From an uncultured Verrucomicrobiae bacterium (GTDB lineage Bacteria > Verrucomicrobiota > Verrucomicrobiia > Limisphaerales > Palsa-1400), in NCBI GenBank assembly GCA_963764165.1, contig CAVXRD010000002.1, positions 1,408,001 through 1,472,000 on the forward strand: a stretch of DNA of 64,000 bases, written 5' to 3'. The position numbers were made by a program, and so were the translations under genes. A model generated the notes under the pieces. That model was not told where the DNA came from, searched no databases, and was given only the letters and a program-made list of their open reading frames with translations. Of this stretch, positions 1 to 9,686 are shown piece by piece. How positions within the stretch are numbered: position 1 is the stretch's first letter; each line of letters begins with the position of its first letter.

Positions 1-384
1 GCCGATCCAATGACGCGCATCTTCATTCTGTTTGGCGTCAAGAACAAAGCCGGATTTCGCGGGTGAGCGGCCGAGAAATAAATTGTCGGCCACGCTCATG
101 GGGCCGATGAGCGATAGTTCCTGGTGAATGACGGCGAACCCGAGCGCATTGGCATCCAATGGCGAACGGGGGCAGACGAGTTTGCCGTCCAGTTCAATCG
201 TTCCTTCGAAATCGGTGTGGATGCCAGCGAGAATTTTGATGAGCGTGCTTTTTCCCGCGCCGTTTTCGCCAGCCAGGATGTGAACTTCTCCCGCGCGGCC
301 CTCGAGTTGGACATCGCGCAAAACGGTCACTGCTCCGAAGCGTTTCGTGATTCCAGTCAAACGAACAAGCGCTGGTGTTTCCAT
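1..384 (-). CDS. Sugar ABC transporter ATP-binding protein (RbsA/MglA-like), 5' part; runs off the window edge
   Basis: Manual translation from ATG at 384: METPALVRLTGITKRFG...LAGENGAGKSTLIKILAG...VIHQELSL (Walker A, Q-loop). Not in the ORF track because it is open-ended. Confidence 0.9.
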   Translation of the reverse strand, partial: METPALVRLTGITKRFGAVTVLRDVQLEGRAGEVHILAGENGAGKSTLIKILAGIHTDFEGTIELDGKLVCPRSPLDANALGFAVIHQELSLIGPMSVADNLFLGRSPAKSGFVLDAKQNEDARHWIG

Positions 385-395
385 TCAGGCGCAAA

Positions 396-1229
396 TCAAG
401 GCAGGAGCTTGAGGTAGGCGGAATACAATTTCCGCACCAACGGCGAGCGGCGTGTCTTTTTGCCGTTGATCGACTCGACTTCGACAACGCCCATCGAAGT
501 ATTAGTCAGGAAAACCGCGTCCGCATTGTCTAAGTCAGCCGGTCGCGCTTTCTTTTCTTGAAAGCGAAAGTTCATCGCTTCGCATATTTCGCAAATCGCC
601 GCGCGCGTAATTCCGGGAAGAGCGCCACTGGCCAGAGGCGTTGTGCATACGGCGCCGTCCTTTATCCAGAAAACATTGCAACTCGTTCCTTCCGCGATTT
701 GTCCGCGCGGGTTGAGAAGTATGGCGTCGTTCGCACCCGCAGCATCCGCTTCAGCGCGGGCCATGACTTCGGGTAATTTGTTTGCGGTCTTAAAACTAGT
801 CAGCGGATCGTCGGCGGGGAGGCAAAACTTGGAAATGATCACCTTCCAGCGCGCGGGCTTTTTGGGATCGAGAACCGGGGCAGGGTGCAGCGTGATAACG
901 GTAGCGGGCTGGGTGGCGTTCCTCGGCGAGTAGCCGCGGGCCGTGATGCCGCGCGACACATTGATGCGCAGCAAACATTCCGGCATTTGATTTCGCTCGA
1001 TCAGTTCCATGGAATGCTCAAAAAGCTGCTCGTGCGAGTAGGGCGCTGTCAACTTTAGAAAATCCACGCCGCTTTGAAGCCTTTCCATGTGCTGCTCCCA
1101 GCGGAAAATTTTCCCGCGCCGCACCAGCATCGCCTCGAAAAGTCCGTCGCCAAAAAGAAAGCCGCGGTCCAGCACGGAGACGGTCGCCTTCTCCTCGGGC
1201 ACAAATTTTCCGTTGAGAAATACAATCAT
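396..1229 (-). CDS. pabC: Aminotransferase class IV, probable 4-amino-4-deoxychorismate lyase
   Basis: DRGFLFGDGLFE, AEGTSCNVF and LPGITR motifs; overlaps the pabB-like gene. Confidence 0.75.
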   Translation of the reverse strand: MIVFLNGKFVPEEKATVSVLDRGFLFGDGLFEAMLVRRGKIFRWEQHMERLQSGVDFLKLTAPYSHEQLFEHSMELIERNQMPECLLRINVSRGITARGYSPRNATQPATVITLHPAPVLDPKKPARWKVIISKFCLPADDPLTSFKTANKLPEVMARAEADAAGANDAILLNPRGQIAEGTSCNVFWIKDGAVCTTPLASGALPGITRAAICEICEAMNFRFQEKKARPADLDNADAVFLTNTSMGVVEVESINGKKTRRSPLVRKLYSAYLKLLP

Positions 1230-2638
1230 GCGTTTGCGTGACGCCGCGATGAGGCGGAAAGCGACGCCAGAAATCCGGCGGCTTTGGCCATCGTTTCGTC
1301 GAATTCAAATTCGGGAACGGAATCCGCCACGATGCCCGCGCCAACTTGAAAATGAATTTCGCCCTGCCGGCAGATTGCGGTGCGGATGGCGATGTTTAGC
1401 TGACTCTCGCGATTAAACCCAAGGTAGCCGATGGCGCCGGTGTAGGGGCCGCGCGTCGTCGGCTCCAATTCGTCGATGATTTCCATCGCGCGAATCTTGG
1501 GTGCGCCGGTGATGCTGCCGCCAGGAAAGCACGACGCGAAGGCGGAGAAATGCGTCTGATCCTCGCGCAATTGTCCGGTCACGGTGGAGACGAGATGCTG
1601 CACTTGCGGATAGCGCTCGAGACGAACCAACTCGGGGACTTGCACGGAGCCGAACTCGCAGACCTTGCCGAGATCGTTGCGCAGCAAATCGGTGATCATG
1701 ACCAGTTCCGCCATTTCCTTGGCGCTGGTTTGCAATTCGTAGGTCAATTGCGCGTCGCGTGTTGGGTCCTGCGCGCGCGGGCGGGTGCCTTTGATCGGGC
1801 GCGTCTGAACCGAGGCGCCGCTGAACCGCAGAAACATCTCAGGGGACGAGGAGCACAACTGAAAGTCCCCACAGTCGATGTAAGCTGAAAACGGCGCGGG
1901 CGAAACGTCGGACAAACGCTGGAAAAAATTCCAGCCCTCCGCGTTCGTTCTTGCGGTGAGCCGATGGGAGAGATTGACCTGGTAAATATCTCCCGCGCGA
2001 ATGTATTTTTGCGCGCGGCGGACTTTTTCAACAAACTCCAGCCGGGTCATCGTCGAGCGGACTTCGGCTGCGTCGGACGGAGCGGGAGATATGGAGTGCG
2101 ACGGCGCGGCGGCCATTCGCGCCGACCAAAATTCAAGCTGCCCGGCGGCGCGGCGCGCATCGCGCGAACCATCCGGCTGCAGGCCCGTTGAGACAATCCA
2201 CGTTTTGTCAAGATGATGATCGAATACGACCAGGCTGTCGTAGAAACCGGCGTGGCAATCGGGCAGATCAAGGTCGTTGACGGCTGCGCGCAGCAAACGC
2301 GGCTCGACAAAATTTTTCAAGTCGTATCCCCAGAAACCGAAACAGCCGCCCAGCGGAAACGGCAAATCAATCTCATCGAGCATCTCGTAGCGCGACATCA
2401 ATTCCTCCAGCGCATGCCAGGGATTGCCGAAACGCGGCCCACCCGGGCCTGAAAATTCGCAGCGCGAGCCGAAGGAGCGAAAAACGAGAAACGGCCGCGC
2501 CGCCACCAGCGAATATCGCGATTGCGCCGAGTGAAATCCGCCGCTGCGCAGGAGAACGACTCCGCGCTCGCCCGCCAGTTGCTCCACCAGCGATTCAGGA
2601 GTGTGCGGAGTCTGGACCAGTTGGAGAATGGGGCGCAT
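1226..2638 (-). CDS. pabB: Aminodeoxychorismate synthase component I (chorismate-binding family)
   Basis: GDIYQVNLS, SSSPEMFL, TRPIKGTRPR and FPGGSITGAPK motifs. Confidence 0.85.
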   Translation of the reverse strand: MRPILQLVQTPHTPESLVEQLAGERGVVLLRSGGFHSAQSRYSLVAARPFLVFRSFGSRCEFSGPGGPRFGNPWHALEELMSRYEMLDEIDLPFPLGGCFGFWGYDLKNFVEPRLLRAAVNDLDLPDCHAGFYDSLVVFDHHLDKTWIVSTGLQPDGSRDARRAAGQLEFWSARMAAAPSHSISPAPSDAAEVRSTMTRLEFVEKVRRAQKYIRAGDIYQVNLSHRLTARTNAEGWNFFQRLSDVSPAPFSAYIDCGDFQLCSSSPEMFLRFSGASVQTRPIKGTRPRAQDPTRDAQLTYELQTSAKEMAELVMITDLLRNDLGKVCEFGSVQVPELVRLERYPQVQHLVSTVTGQLREDQTHFSAFASCFPGGSITGAPKIRAMEIIDELEPTTRGPYTGAIGYLGFNRESQLNIAIRTAICRQGEIHFQVGAGIVADSVPEFEFDETMAKAAGFLASLSASSRRHANA

Positions 2639-2641
2639 GCA

Positions 2642-3904
2642 TCAGGCAGCGAGCAGTTTCTCGAGGGGCCCGGCGGATTTCAGCGGGCTGACCAGCGCGA
2701 GATTGTAGCGATCCGGCCGGAAAAAATCACGCGCCGCTGATCGAATCTGCCCGGCGGTGACCTCGCTCAAGCCGCGTTTCACTTCGTCGGGATGATGGAT
2801 TTTTCCGTAGCCGAGCCATTGCTCTCCCGCCCACATCATTTGATTCTCGCTGTTTTCCAAGCCCAGGTCGAGCTGGCCCAGCAAATAGTCGCGAGCGCGT
2901 TTCAATTCCGCCGCCGGCACAACCTGGTTCGTCAATCGCTTCATTTCCGTCAGTATCAAGCCGAGCGCCTTTTCGGTTTTGTCCGTGTCCAATCCCGCCG
3001 CGATGACGAGATCGCCGGCATCGTCAAAAAAACTTCCCGCGCTGTAAATAGAATAGGCCATGCCATGGTCTTCGCGAACGGTTTGAAAAAGCCTCGAACT
3101 CATGTTCTCGCCCAGAATGGCATTGAGCACCCGCATCGCAAAGCGCCGTTCGTCGTGGCGCGAACACGCGCGGACGCCGAGCGCAATTTGTGTTTGCTCC
3201 GTCTTCTTGGTCAGCAAGCGCACGGATGGTTTTGCCTGCGTCGACACCGCGGCAGCGCAGCACGGGCGCGCGCCACGGGCGAATTTCCGCGAGTATTTCG
3301 AAACCGCCTTCACCGCTTCGCCATGCGTGATGCGTCCACCGATGGCCACCAAAACGGCGGGCGCGACGTAATTTTGCCGGAGATATTCCACAAGCTGTTC
3401 GCGCTTGAGGGCGTCGAGCGTTTTCTTCGTTCCGGTGATGGAGCGGCCCAGCGGCTGATCGGGCCACATTGTCGCGTTCAGCAATTCCTGGACGTATTGC
3501 TGGGGCTGGTCGATATACATGGCCAGCTCCTCCTTGATGACTTCGCGCTCCTTGTCGATCTCGATGGGATCAAAGGTCGAGTGCAAAAACATGTCGGTGA
3601 GCACTTCGAGCAAACGGCCAAATTGATCATGGCGCGCCTTGGCATAAAAGCAGGTGTGCTCCTCGCTCGTGAATGCGTTGAGATAGCCGCCGACGCCCTC
3701 GACTGCCTGGGAGATTTCGCGGGCCGTCCGCTTCTTGGTGCCTTTGAAAAGCAGGTGCTCGATGAAGTGCGACGCGCCGCTCCACGGCGCCGGCTCGTAG
3801 CGCCCTCCCACGCCCACCCAAATGCCAACGCTGACGCTGGGGCTGTGCGGCATTTCCGCCGTGGCCACCGTCAAACCATTTTCCAACCGCGTAACTTGGT
3901 ACAT
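2642..3904 (-). CDS. M16 family (pitrilysin-like) zinc peptidase
   Basis: Inverted zincin motif HFIEHLLFKGT, LNAFT, SSRLFQ; start placed at MYQVTRL. Confidence 0.9.
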   Translation of the reverse strand: MYQVTRLENGLTVATAEMPHSPSVSVGIWVGVGGRYEPAPWSGASHFIEHLLFKGTKKRTAREISQAVEGVGGYLNAFTSEEHTCFYAKARHDQFGRLLEVLTDMFLHSTFDPIEIDKEREVIKEELAMYIDQPQQYVQELLNATMWPDQPLGRSITGTKKTLDALKREQLVEYLRQNYVAPAVLVAIGGRITHGEAVKAVSKYSRKFARGARPCCAAAVSTQAKPSVRLLTKKTEQTQIALGVRACSRHDERRFAMRVLNAILGENMSSRLFQTVREDHGMAYSIYSAGSFFDDAGDLVIAAGLDTDKTEKALGLILTEMKRLTNQVVPAAELKRARDYLLGQLDLGLENSENQMMWAGEQWLGYGKIHHPDEVKRGLSEVTAGQIRSAARDFFRPDRYNLALVSPLKSAGPLEKLLAA

Positions 3905-3933
3905 GCCTTGATTTCGCCTTTCCCTGCCCAACA

Positions 3934-4614
3934 TTAACCCAAAGCGCGGGGAATGACATCGGGCGGCCCCGTTTCTTTCATATAGGCCAGGATCCGCTCC
4001 ACCACTTCATGGGGATCGTCAGTCAAGAGGAATAAATCAAGGTCGTGGGGGCTGATCGTCTTGTTCTTGACGAGGGTGGCCTTCATCCAGCGAATCAATC
4101 CGCTCCAATATTCGCGCCCAAACAAAATCAGCGGGAAGCGCGGGATGCGCTGTGTTTGCACCAGCGTCAGCACTTCAAAAAATTCGTCCAGCGTGCCGTA
4201 TCCGCCCGGCATGTAAATGAAAGCGATGCTATACTTGACGAAACAAACTTTGCGGGAAAAAAAGTAATGGAACCGCAGCGGGATATTCGCGAAATGATTT
4301 CCCTTTTGCTCGAACGGGAGTTCGATATTCAGACCGACGGATTTTCCTTTTCCCTTGGCGGCGCCGTGATTGGCGGCGGCCATGATGCCCGGCCCGCCGC
4401 CGGTGATGACGGCCAGTTTATGGTGGGCCAGATCCTTGGCGATTGCCATTGCCGCGATGTAATAAGGGTCCGTGGGCGGCGTTCGAGCTGAACCGAAGAT
4501 GGTCACGGCCGGCCCGACTTGCGACATCGTCTCAAACGAATCGACAAATTCCGACATGATGCGGAAAATCCGCCAGGGATCTTCCTTCGTGAAGCCGGTA
4601 GTGTTGTTCAGCAT
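3934..4614 (-). CDS. LOG family (TIGR00730) nucleotide phosphoribohydrolase
   Basis: TGGGPGIM and PGGYGTLDE motifs. Confidence 0.9.
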   Translation of the reverse strand: MLNNTTGFTKEDPWRIFRIMSEFVDSFETMSQVGPAVTIFGSARTPPTDPYYIAAMAIAKDLAHHKLAVITGGGPGIMAAANHGAAKGKGKSVGLNIELPFEQKGNHFANIPLRFHYFFSRKVCFVKYSIAFIYMPGGYGTLDEFFEVLTLVQTQRIPRFPLILFGREYWSGLIRWMKATLVKNKTISPHDLDLFLLTDDPHEVVERILAYMKETGPPDVIPRALG

Positions 4615-4664
4615 GCCCGCTTATTTAGAACTCGCAGGGGCCAGACCGCAAGGGGGATTCTTGA

Positions 4665-4775
4665 GGGCAGGGACCTCTCGCCGGGGCGTCCGCCTTTGCG
4701 CGTGGATAATGCCTCCCCGGACGCCTCGGCCCACCTTCGCTAAAGCTTCGGCGCGGTGAACGAGGCGTCCCTACC
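4665..4775. repeat. REP-like inverted pair with a second palindrome nested in one unit
   Basis: GGCAGGGACCTCTCGCCGGGGCGTCC ... GGACGCCTCGGC[CCACCTTCGCTAAAGCTTCGGCGCGG]TGAACGAGGCGTCCCTACC; related unit at 8834. Confidence 0.65.
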
Positions 4776-4782
4776 TCTCCCT

Positions 4783-5475
4783 CTATTCGCCGCGGATCCG
4801 GATGGCTGTATGCACCAATTCGTTGGCGTCCTTGAGATTGAGCTTTTCTTTGATGTGCGCGCGGTGCGATTCGATCGTCTTGACGCTGAGGTGCAATTGC
4901 TCGGCGATTTGCCGGGTTCCTTTGCCCTGGCCAATCAAGCCGAAGACTTCCAGTTCGCGGTCGCTGAGGCGTTCCATGGACGAGCCGATTTCCGTGGCCT
5001 TGCCGCCCACCAATTGCGACATCAGCTTGGATCCCATGCGCTCGCTCAAATAAACGCCGCCTGTCAAAACCTGGCGCATCGCGCCGAGCACCTTGTCGCT
5101 GGCCTCCTGCTTCATGATATAGCCCGCCGCCCCGGCGCGAAGGACGCGCTCCGCGTAAAGAGTCTCGTCATGCATCGAGAGGACGAGGATGCGGAGCTTT
5201 GGATAGGTCGCGCGGCAATTCTTGACAAATTCCAGCCCGCTGCTGCCCTTAAGCGAGAGATCGACCACGGCCAAATCCGGCAAAAGAACTGGGATGGAGG
5301 CAAACGCCTTGGCGGCGTCTTCCTGCTGGCCGCAGACGACCATATCAGGCTCGTGGTTGATCAATTGCGCCAGCCCTTCGCGCATCACTGGATGGTCGTC
5401 GACCAGCAAAATTTTTCTCCGCTTGTCCGGAACGGTGGGGCTGCCGTCTTTTTTTTGTGACAATGCGTTCTTCAT
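4783..5475 (-). CDS. NarL/LuxR family response regulator
   Basis: LLVDDHPVMREG receiver domain plus LSDRELEV...TIESHRAHIKEKL HTH; start uncertain. Confidence 0.9.
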   Translation of the reverse strand: MKNALSQKKDGSPTVPDKRRKILLVDDHPVMREGLAQLINHEPDMVVCGQQEDAAKAFASIPVLLPDLAVVDLSLKGSSGLEFVKNCRATYPKLRILVLSMHDETLYAERVLRAGAAGYIMKQEASDKVLGAMRQVLTGGVYLSERMGSKLMSQLVGGKATEIGSSMERLSDRELEVFGLIGQGKGTRQIAEQLHLSVKTIESHRAHIKEKLNLKDANELVHTAIRIRGE

Positions 5476-5603
5476 GGCGCGTCGTTTTTGGCTGCGTATG
5501 TGTTTACAGGATGGGGGTCTTGGCTGCAACCAAAACCGGTCATCCGGCGCTCACGACCGGCAGAAAGATATTGTCACAGGCGGCGCGGCCTTGTCCATCT
5601 ATA

Positions 5604-6410
5604 TCAGTTGCGGATCTTTCCGTTATAGAAGTCGGACTGCAAGCTGGCGACTTTCGCGCCGAGACGCTTGAAATTGGCGGATTTCGGAGCGATCCAGCAT
5701 GTCCACCCGGGGCGGGTTGGAAATTTCTGGATGGCGTCGAACAGAATTTTCACGCCGTCGGCGGGAAGCGCGAGCTTGAGAGCATTCACAACGCCCGCCT
5801 TGACGGCCGTGTCCCATTCGCCTTTCGTCAGCAAATCTTTATACACCCGCGGATCGTCGGAGCTTATTTTTGGGAGGTACTTCCGGCAGTGCCCTTCGTA
5901 ATGGTGCGCCATGTTCATGGCGAGGATCATTCCTGTCATTCCAGCAAAGTAACCGGCTTGGTCGGCCATAATATCCTCTGTCCAGAATTTTTCACCCACG
6001 ATGGGAGGTGGAGCCGCAGCCGGGTCCGCACCATAAGCCGCAGCCAGCTTCGCGACGTAATTTGTGAAAAAGCCCGGCTGCGCTTTTTCGATGGCTTGCG
6101 CATGGCAGAGGTGGTTTGCGAGGTCGATCAGGCCCTCGGAAATTTCCACATGGCGCTCATTCCGGTGTTCTGGCAAGAGCGGGACTGGCGTGATGATCGG
6201 AGTGTTTTGCTTGATCACCACCACCGGATTCTCGTCGATATTGGTGCGTTCCGTGTCAGAAAGGAGCTCGCGCAACTGTGAGCCGAGCTGGATGACTGCG
6301 GCTGCGCCATTGGTGTAGGTTTGGCTGGAGTTGGTGGCCTGGCCTCTCGCCGCATTCACAGCGGCAAGGCACACCATGGCTGTCATGACCAGATGAGGAA
6401 GGGGTTTCAT
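5604..6410 (-). CDS. Secreted hypothetical protein, degenerate M48-like (paralog A)
   Basis: Signal peptide; clear similarity to the adjacent ORF (NHLCHA, MAHHYEGH, PTRPGW). Confidence 0.7.
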   Translation of the reverse strand: MKPLPHLVMTAMVCLAAVNAARGQATNSSQTYTNGAAAVIQLGSQLRELLSDTERTNIDENPVVVIKQNTPIITPVPLLPEHRNERHVEISEGLIDLANHLCHAQAIEKAQPGFFTNYVAKLAAAYGADPAAAPPPIVGEKFWTEDIMADQAGYFAGMTGMILAMNMAHHYEGHCRKYLPKISSDDPRVYKDLLTKGEWDTAVKAGVVNALKLALPADGVKILFDAIQKFPTRPGWTCWIAPKSANFKRLGAKVASLQSDFYNGKIRN

Positions 6411-6526
6411 GGTTGCAATTCTGCCCGACGAAGAGTGGCACGAAACCAAGATTGAAGACAATACTAAAATTAAAGAAAAATATAAATGACTGGAATGCTT
6501 GCAAATCGGCACGGTGGCGCGTTCGC

Positions 6527-7402
6527 CTACTGCTTGATCTTGCCGTGAAAAAAATCGTCCTCGAACTTGGCCAGCTCCTTGTTGAGCTTTTTAAGATCTG
6601 TTCCCGCCGGGACGATGAAAGCAGCCCAAGCCGGGCGCGTCGGCATTTTGTCCAAGGCGTCGAAAAGCATCCGAATTCCGTCGGTGCCGAGCGCGCAGTT
6701 AAGGCCGTCCAATGCTCCCGCTTTTACCGCCGCGTTCCATTCTACGGGTGTTAAGAAATTATTGATGGGTTGCAGTTTGTCGCCGGCTCCGGTGAGCTTG
6801 GCCGAGTATTTGGCATAATAACCCAAATAATGGTGGGACATATTGATTGCCATCAGCATTCCCATGATCTGATTGAAAAACCCAGTCGCGTCGTCCAGCG
6901 CATCATCCGTCCAAAAGCGCGCATCCGTGATCGCGGGAATCGGAGCGGCCGGGTTGCCCGCGTAAGTGTGGGCCAAATTGGCGATGTAGTCGTTGTAAAA
7001 TCCCTTCTGAATCTTATCAGCGGCCTTGGCGTGGCACAAATGGTTGATGAGATCTATGAAACCCGCCGAGAGTTCCACTTGCCGCTGGACATGGCTGTCA
7101 TCCGAAGTCGCGACGGGAGCAATCAATGGCGCATCCTGGGCCTGCAACGTAATCGCCTGCGCGTCAATTTGATCTGAATACTTCTGGGGCAGCGCGTCGT
7201 GGAGGTCGCCACCCAGTTTGATAGCGACGCTGAATCCCGTTTTGTAAGCGTGCTCCGGCTCGGCGCCAAAGGCCAAAGCAGTGCAGCCGAGCGCAAGGAT
7301 AATAGCAATAAAGCGCGGGCGAGTGTAATTGCGCCCATGCTTGACTCTTAAGGTCCTCGTGCGCGTCTTTGACCGGACTACCGCTGCTGAAACTAAATCC
7401 AA
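6527..7402 (-). CDS. Secreted hypothetical protein, degenerate M48-like (paralog B); start uncertain
   Basis: Hydrophobic signal FIAIILALGCTALAFGA; NHLCHA, MSHHYLGY, PTRPAW shared with paralog A. Confidence 0.7.
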   Translation of the reverse strand: MDLVSAAVVRSKTRTRTLRVKHGRNYTRPRFIAIILALGCTALAFGAEPEHAYKTGFSVAIKLGGDLHDALPQKYSDQIDAQAITLQAQDAPLIAPVATSDDSHVQRQVELSAGFIDLINHLCHAKAADKIQKGFYNDYIANLAHTYAGNPAAPIPAITDARFWTDDALDDATGFFNQIMGMLMAINMSHHYLGYYAKYSAKLTGAGDKLQPINNFLTPVEWNAAVKAGALDGLNCALGTDGIRMLFDALDKMPTRPAWAAFIVPAGTDLKKLNKELAKFEDDFFHGKIKQ

Positions 7403-7567
7403 CACAGACACAACGGGGCCGATGCTACTTATCGGCCACGCGCCGTGCAACCGGAAATTTGAAAATTTTGCTTTACCGCGCTCCCATCCGCCGCCACTCG
7501 CCGAATTCGGGCGGGAGTTCCAAATCTGCGTTGCGCCCCGAGAGAAAGAATGCCATAACATCCGCCC

Positions 7568-8749
7568 ATGCAATACCGGCGATTTGGTCGAACCGAACTG
7601 GCGATGCCTGTCATCTCGTGCGGCGGAATGCGCTACCAGCACAAATGGGAGGACACTCTGCTTTCGGAGATTCCGCCCGATAACCAGGCCAACCTGGAAG
7701 CGACGATTCACCGTGCGCTGGAACTCGGCATCAATCATATTGAAACGGCGCGCGGTTACGGAACTTCGGAAATGCAATTGGGCCAGCTTTTGCCCAAGCT
7801 GCCGCGCTCCAGGATGATCATCCAGACCAAGGTGGCGCCCCAGGCCGATCCCGGTGAATTTTGCAAGATTTTTGACCGCTCGATGAAATATCTGGGGTTG
7901 GACTACGTTGACCTGCTTTCGCTCCATGGCATTAACCAACGGCAGCTTCTCGATTGGTCTTTAGGAAAGAATGGCTGTCTTGCGGCGGCCCGGCGCTTGC
8001 AGAAGGAAGGGCGCGTTCGTTTCGTCGGATTTTCGACGCACGCCACCCCGGACATTATCCTCGAGGCGGTGCAAACGGGCGAGTTCGATTACTTCAACGT
8101 CCACTGGTATTTCGTCAACGAATTGAACTGGGCATCCATCGAAGCGGCGCGAAAGCTGGATATGGGCGTCTTCATCATCAGCCCGAACGACAAAGGCGGG
8201 AAGCTCTACGAACCGCCGCCCAAACTGGTGGAGCTTTGCGCGCCGCTCTCGCCGATGGCGTTTAATGATCTTTTTTGCCTGGCCCGCCTGGAAGTTCACA
8301 CTTTGAGCTGCGGCGCGGCACGTCCGCAGGATTTCGACGAGCACATTCGCGCGCTCGAACATTACGATCGCGCCGCCGAGATCACGGCACCTATCGAGAA
8401 ACGCCTGCGCGCGGAGATGGACAAGGCGTTGGGGCCGGATTGGTGCAAGACATGGTTTGCGGGATTGCCCGAATACGTGGACGTTCCCGGCGAAGTGAAC
8501 GTGGTGGAAATTTTGCGATTGTGGACTTACGCCAAGGCGCTTGATTTGGTGGGATGGGGCAAGATGCGTTACAACTTGCTAGGGCAGGCGGGCCACTGGT
8601 TCCCCGGCCAGAACGCCAGCCATGTCGACGAGGCGAAGCTGCGCCCGCTTCTGCAAAAAAGCCCGTTCCGCGACCGCATTCCGGAAATTCTGCGCGAGGC
8701 TCACGATCTGCTGTTGGACGAGCCCAAGAAACGCCTGAGCCAGAGTTAA
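7568..8749 (+). CDS. Aldo/keto reductase
   Basis: [33 protein letters not shown] and VGFSTH motifs. Confidence 0.9.
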   Translation: MQYRRFGRTELAMPVISCGGMRYQHKWEDTLLSEIPPDNQANLEATIHRALELGINHIETARGYGTSEMQLGQLLPKLPRSRMIIQTKVAPQADPGEFCKIFDRSMKYLGLDYVDLLSLHGINQRQLLDWSLGKNGCLAAARRLQKEGRVRFVGFSTHATPDIILEAVQTGEFDYFNVHWYFVNELNWASIEAARKLDMGVFIISPNDKGGKLYEPPPKLVELCAPLSPMAFNDLFCLARLEVHTLSCGAARPQDFDEHIRALEHYDRAAEITAPIEKRLRAEMDKALGPDWCKTWFAGLPEYVDVPGEVNVVEILRLWTYAKALDLVGWGKMRYNLLGQAGHWFPGQNASHVDEAKLRPLLQKSPFRDRIPEILREAHDLLLDEPKKRLSQS

Positions 8750-8833
8750 GGCTGGCCAGCCTTCGAGCGCAGGGCAGACCCATCTTAATTCTTGTCATCT
8801 ATTGAAAATAAACGAGCGACCTGCTCGTTGATT

Positions 8834-8891
8834 GGCAGGGACGCTTCGCCGAGGCGTCCCGACCTCGGAATTCGGATGCGTCTGCCCTGCC
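8834..8891. repeat. REP-like palindrome, same family as 4665
   Basis: GGCAGGGACGCTTCGCCGAGGCGTCCC...CCCTGCC. Confidence 0.55.
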
Positions 8892-8901
8892 TCCAGGCGC
8901 A

Positions 8902-8930
8902 TTGACAGATGCGGTCCCGGGGGCTACGGT
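8902..8930 (+). promoter_or_regulatory. Sigma70-type promoter of tRNA-Glu
   Basis: TTGACA-17 nt-TACGGT, 12 nt before the tRNA. Confidence 0.6.
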
Positions 8931-8942
8931 GTCGGCTCAAAT

Positions 8943-9017
8943 GGCGCGTTCGTCTATCAGTTAGGACACGGCCCTCTCAAGGCTGAGAGACGGGTGCGAT
9001 TCCCGTACGCGCTACCA
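8943..9017 (+). tRNA. tRNA-Glu (anticodon CTC)
   Basis: Acceptor stem GGCGCGT/ACGCGCT, anticodon arm CGGCC-CTCTCAA-GGCTG, T arm ACGGG-TGCGATT-CCCGT, encoded CCA. Confidence 0.95.
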
Positions 9018-9035
9018 CCTTTTCGCGGACCTCCC

Positions 9036-9686
9036 TTAGCGTCGTGAAATTATTTTCGCCGCCATCTTCAAATCGTCGACGAAGGATTTCATTTGCGCGT
9101 GGCGGGACTCTTCGTCCGGGGCACGAAGAATTGAAGAGGGATGGACGGTTGCCATCACGTGATCCGCCAGTTCTGATTCGATCCATTCGCCGCGGCGCTC
9201 GGTTACTTTGAAACTTCGACCCAACAGGGCTTGGGCGGCAGTTGCTCCAAGGCAGATCAAAACCTTCGGCTTCAATGCCTCCATTTCGGCATTCAACCAC
9301 GGACGGCAGGCTGCGATTTCGCGCGGACTGGGCTTTTTATGAAGCCGCCGCTTGCCGTGCGGCTCCCATTTGAAATGTTTGACGGCGTTGGTGACATATA
9401 TCCGGCCGCGCGTGATTCCAGCCTCCGCCAGCGCGCGATCCAGCAACTTTCCCGCGGGCCCGACAAATGGTTTGCCTGCCAAATCCTCGTCATTGCCGGG
9501 CTGCTCCCCCACCAGCACGACGCTCGCGCTGGCGGCGCCTTCGCCGAATACCGTTTGAGTTCCTTTTTCCCAGAGCGGACAGGCCCGGCAGTATGCGGCC
9601 GCGCTTCGCAGTTTGGAGATGGAGTACGGCTTCGCGATGCCGGGAATTTCCTCTGGATTCGTTACTGGCTTCACATCCTTCATCAA
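9036..9686 (-). CDS. udgX: UdgX-type family 4 uracil-DNA glycosylase / uracil-DNA binding protein
   Basis: CRACPL Fe-S cysteines, GEQPG, R-loop KRRLHKKP, HPSSILR. Confidence 0.85.
   Translation of the reverse strand: MMKDVKPVTNPEEIPGIAKPYSISKLRSAAAYCRACPLWEKGTQTVFGEGAASASVVLVGEQPGNDEDLAGKPFVGPAGKLLDRALAEAGITRGRIYVTNAVKHFKWEPHGKRRLHKKPSPREIAACRPWLNAEMEALKPKVLICLGATAAQALLGRSFKVTERRGEWIESELADHVMATVHPSSILRAPDEESRHAQMKSFVDDLKMAAKIISRR

Noticed and set aside
396..2638. pabB-pabC without pabA
   Set aside because: The glutaminase subunit is commonly shared with trpG elsewhere in the genome; not unusual
2792..3937. Long antisense ORFs (also 18184-19326, 21486-22955, 31078-32058, 39339-40592, 52541-53554)
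   Set aside because: Shadow frames of well-supported genes in GC-rich DNA; no recognisable motifs
7123..7338. Out-of-frame ATG ORF suggesting a frameshifted start for paralog B
   Set aside because: The main frame already has a good signal peptide and upstream TTG/GTG starts, so a frameshift is not needed
6527..7939. 470-aa ORF as called by the track
   Set aside because: The N-terminal part is antisense to the aldo/keto reductase; only the C-terminal part matches the paralog
8943..9017. tRNA-Glu as an island integration site
   Set aside because: No integrase, and no duplicated tRNA 3' end noticed in the window (visual check only)
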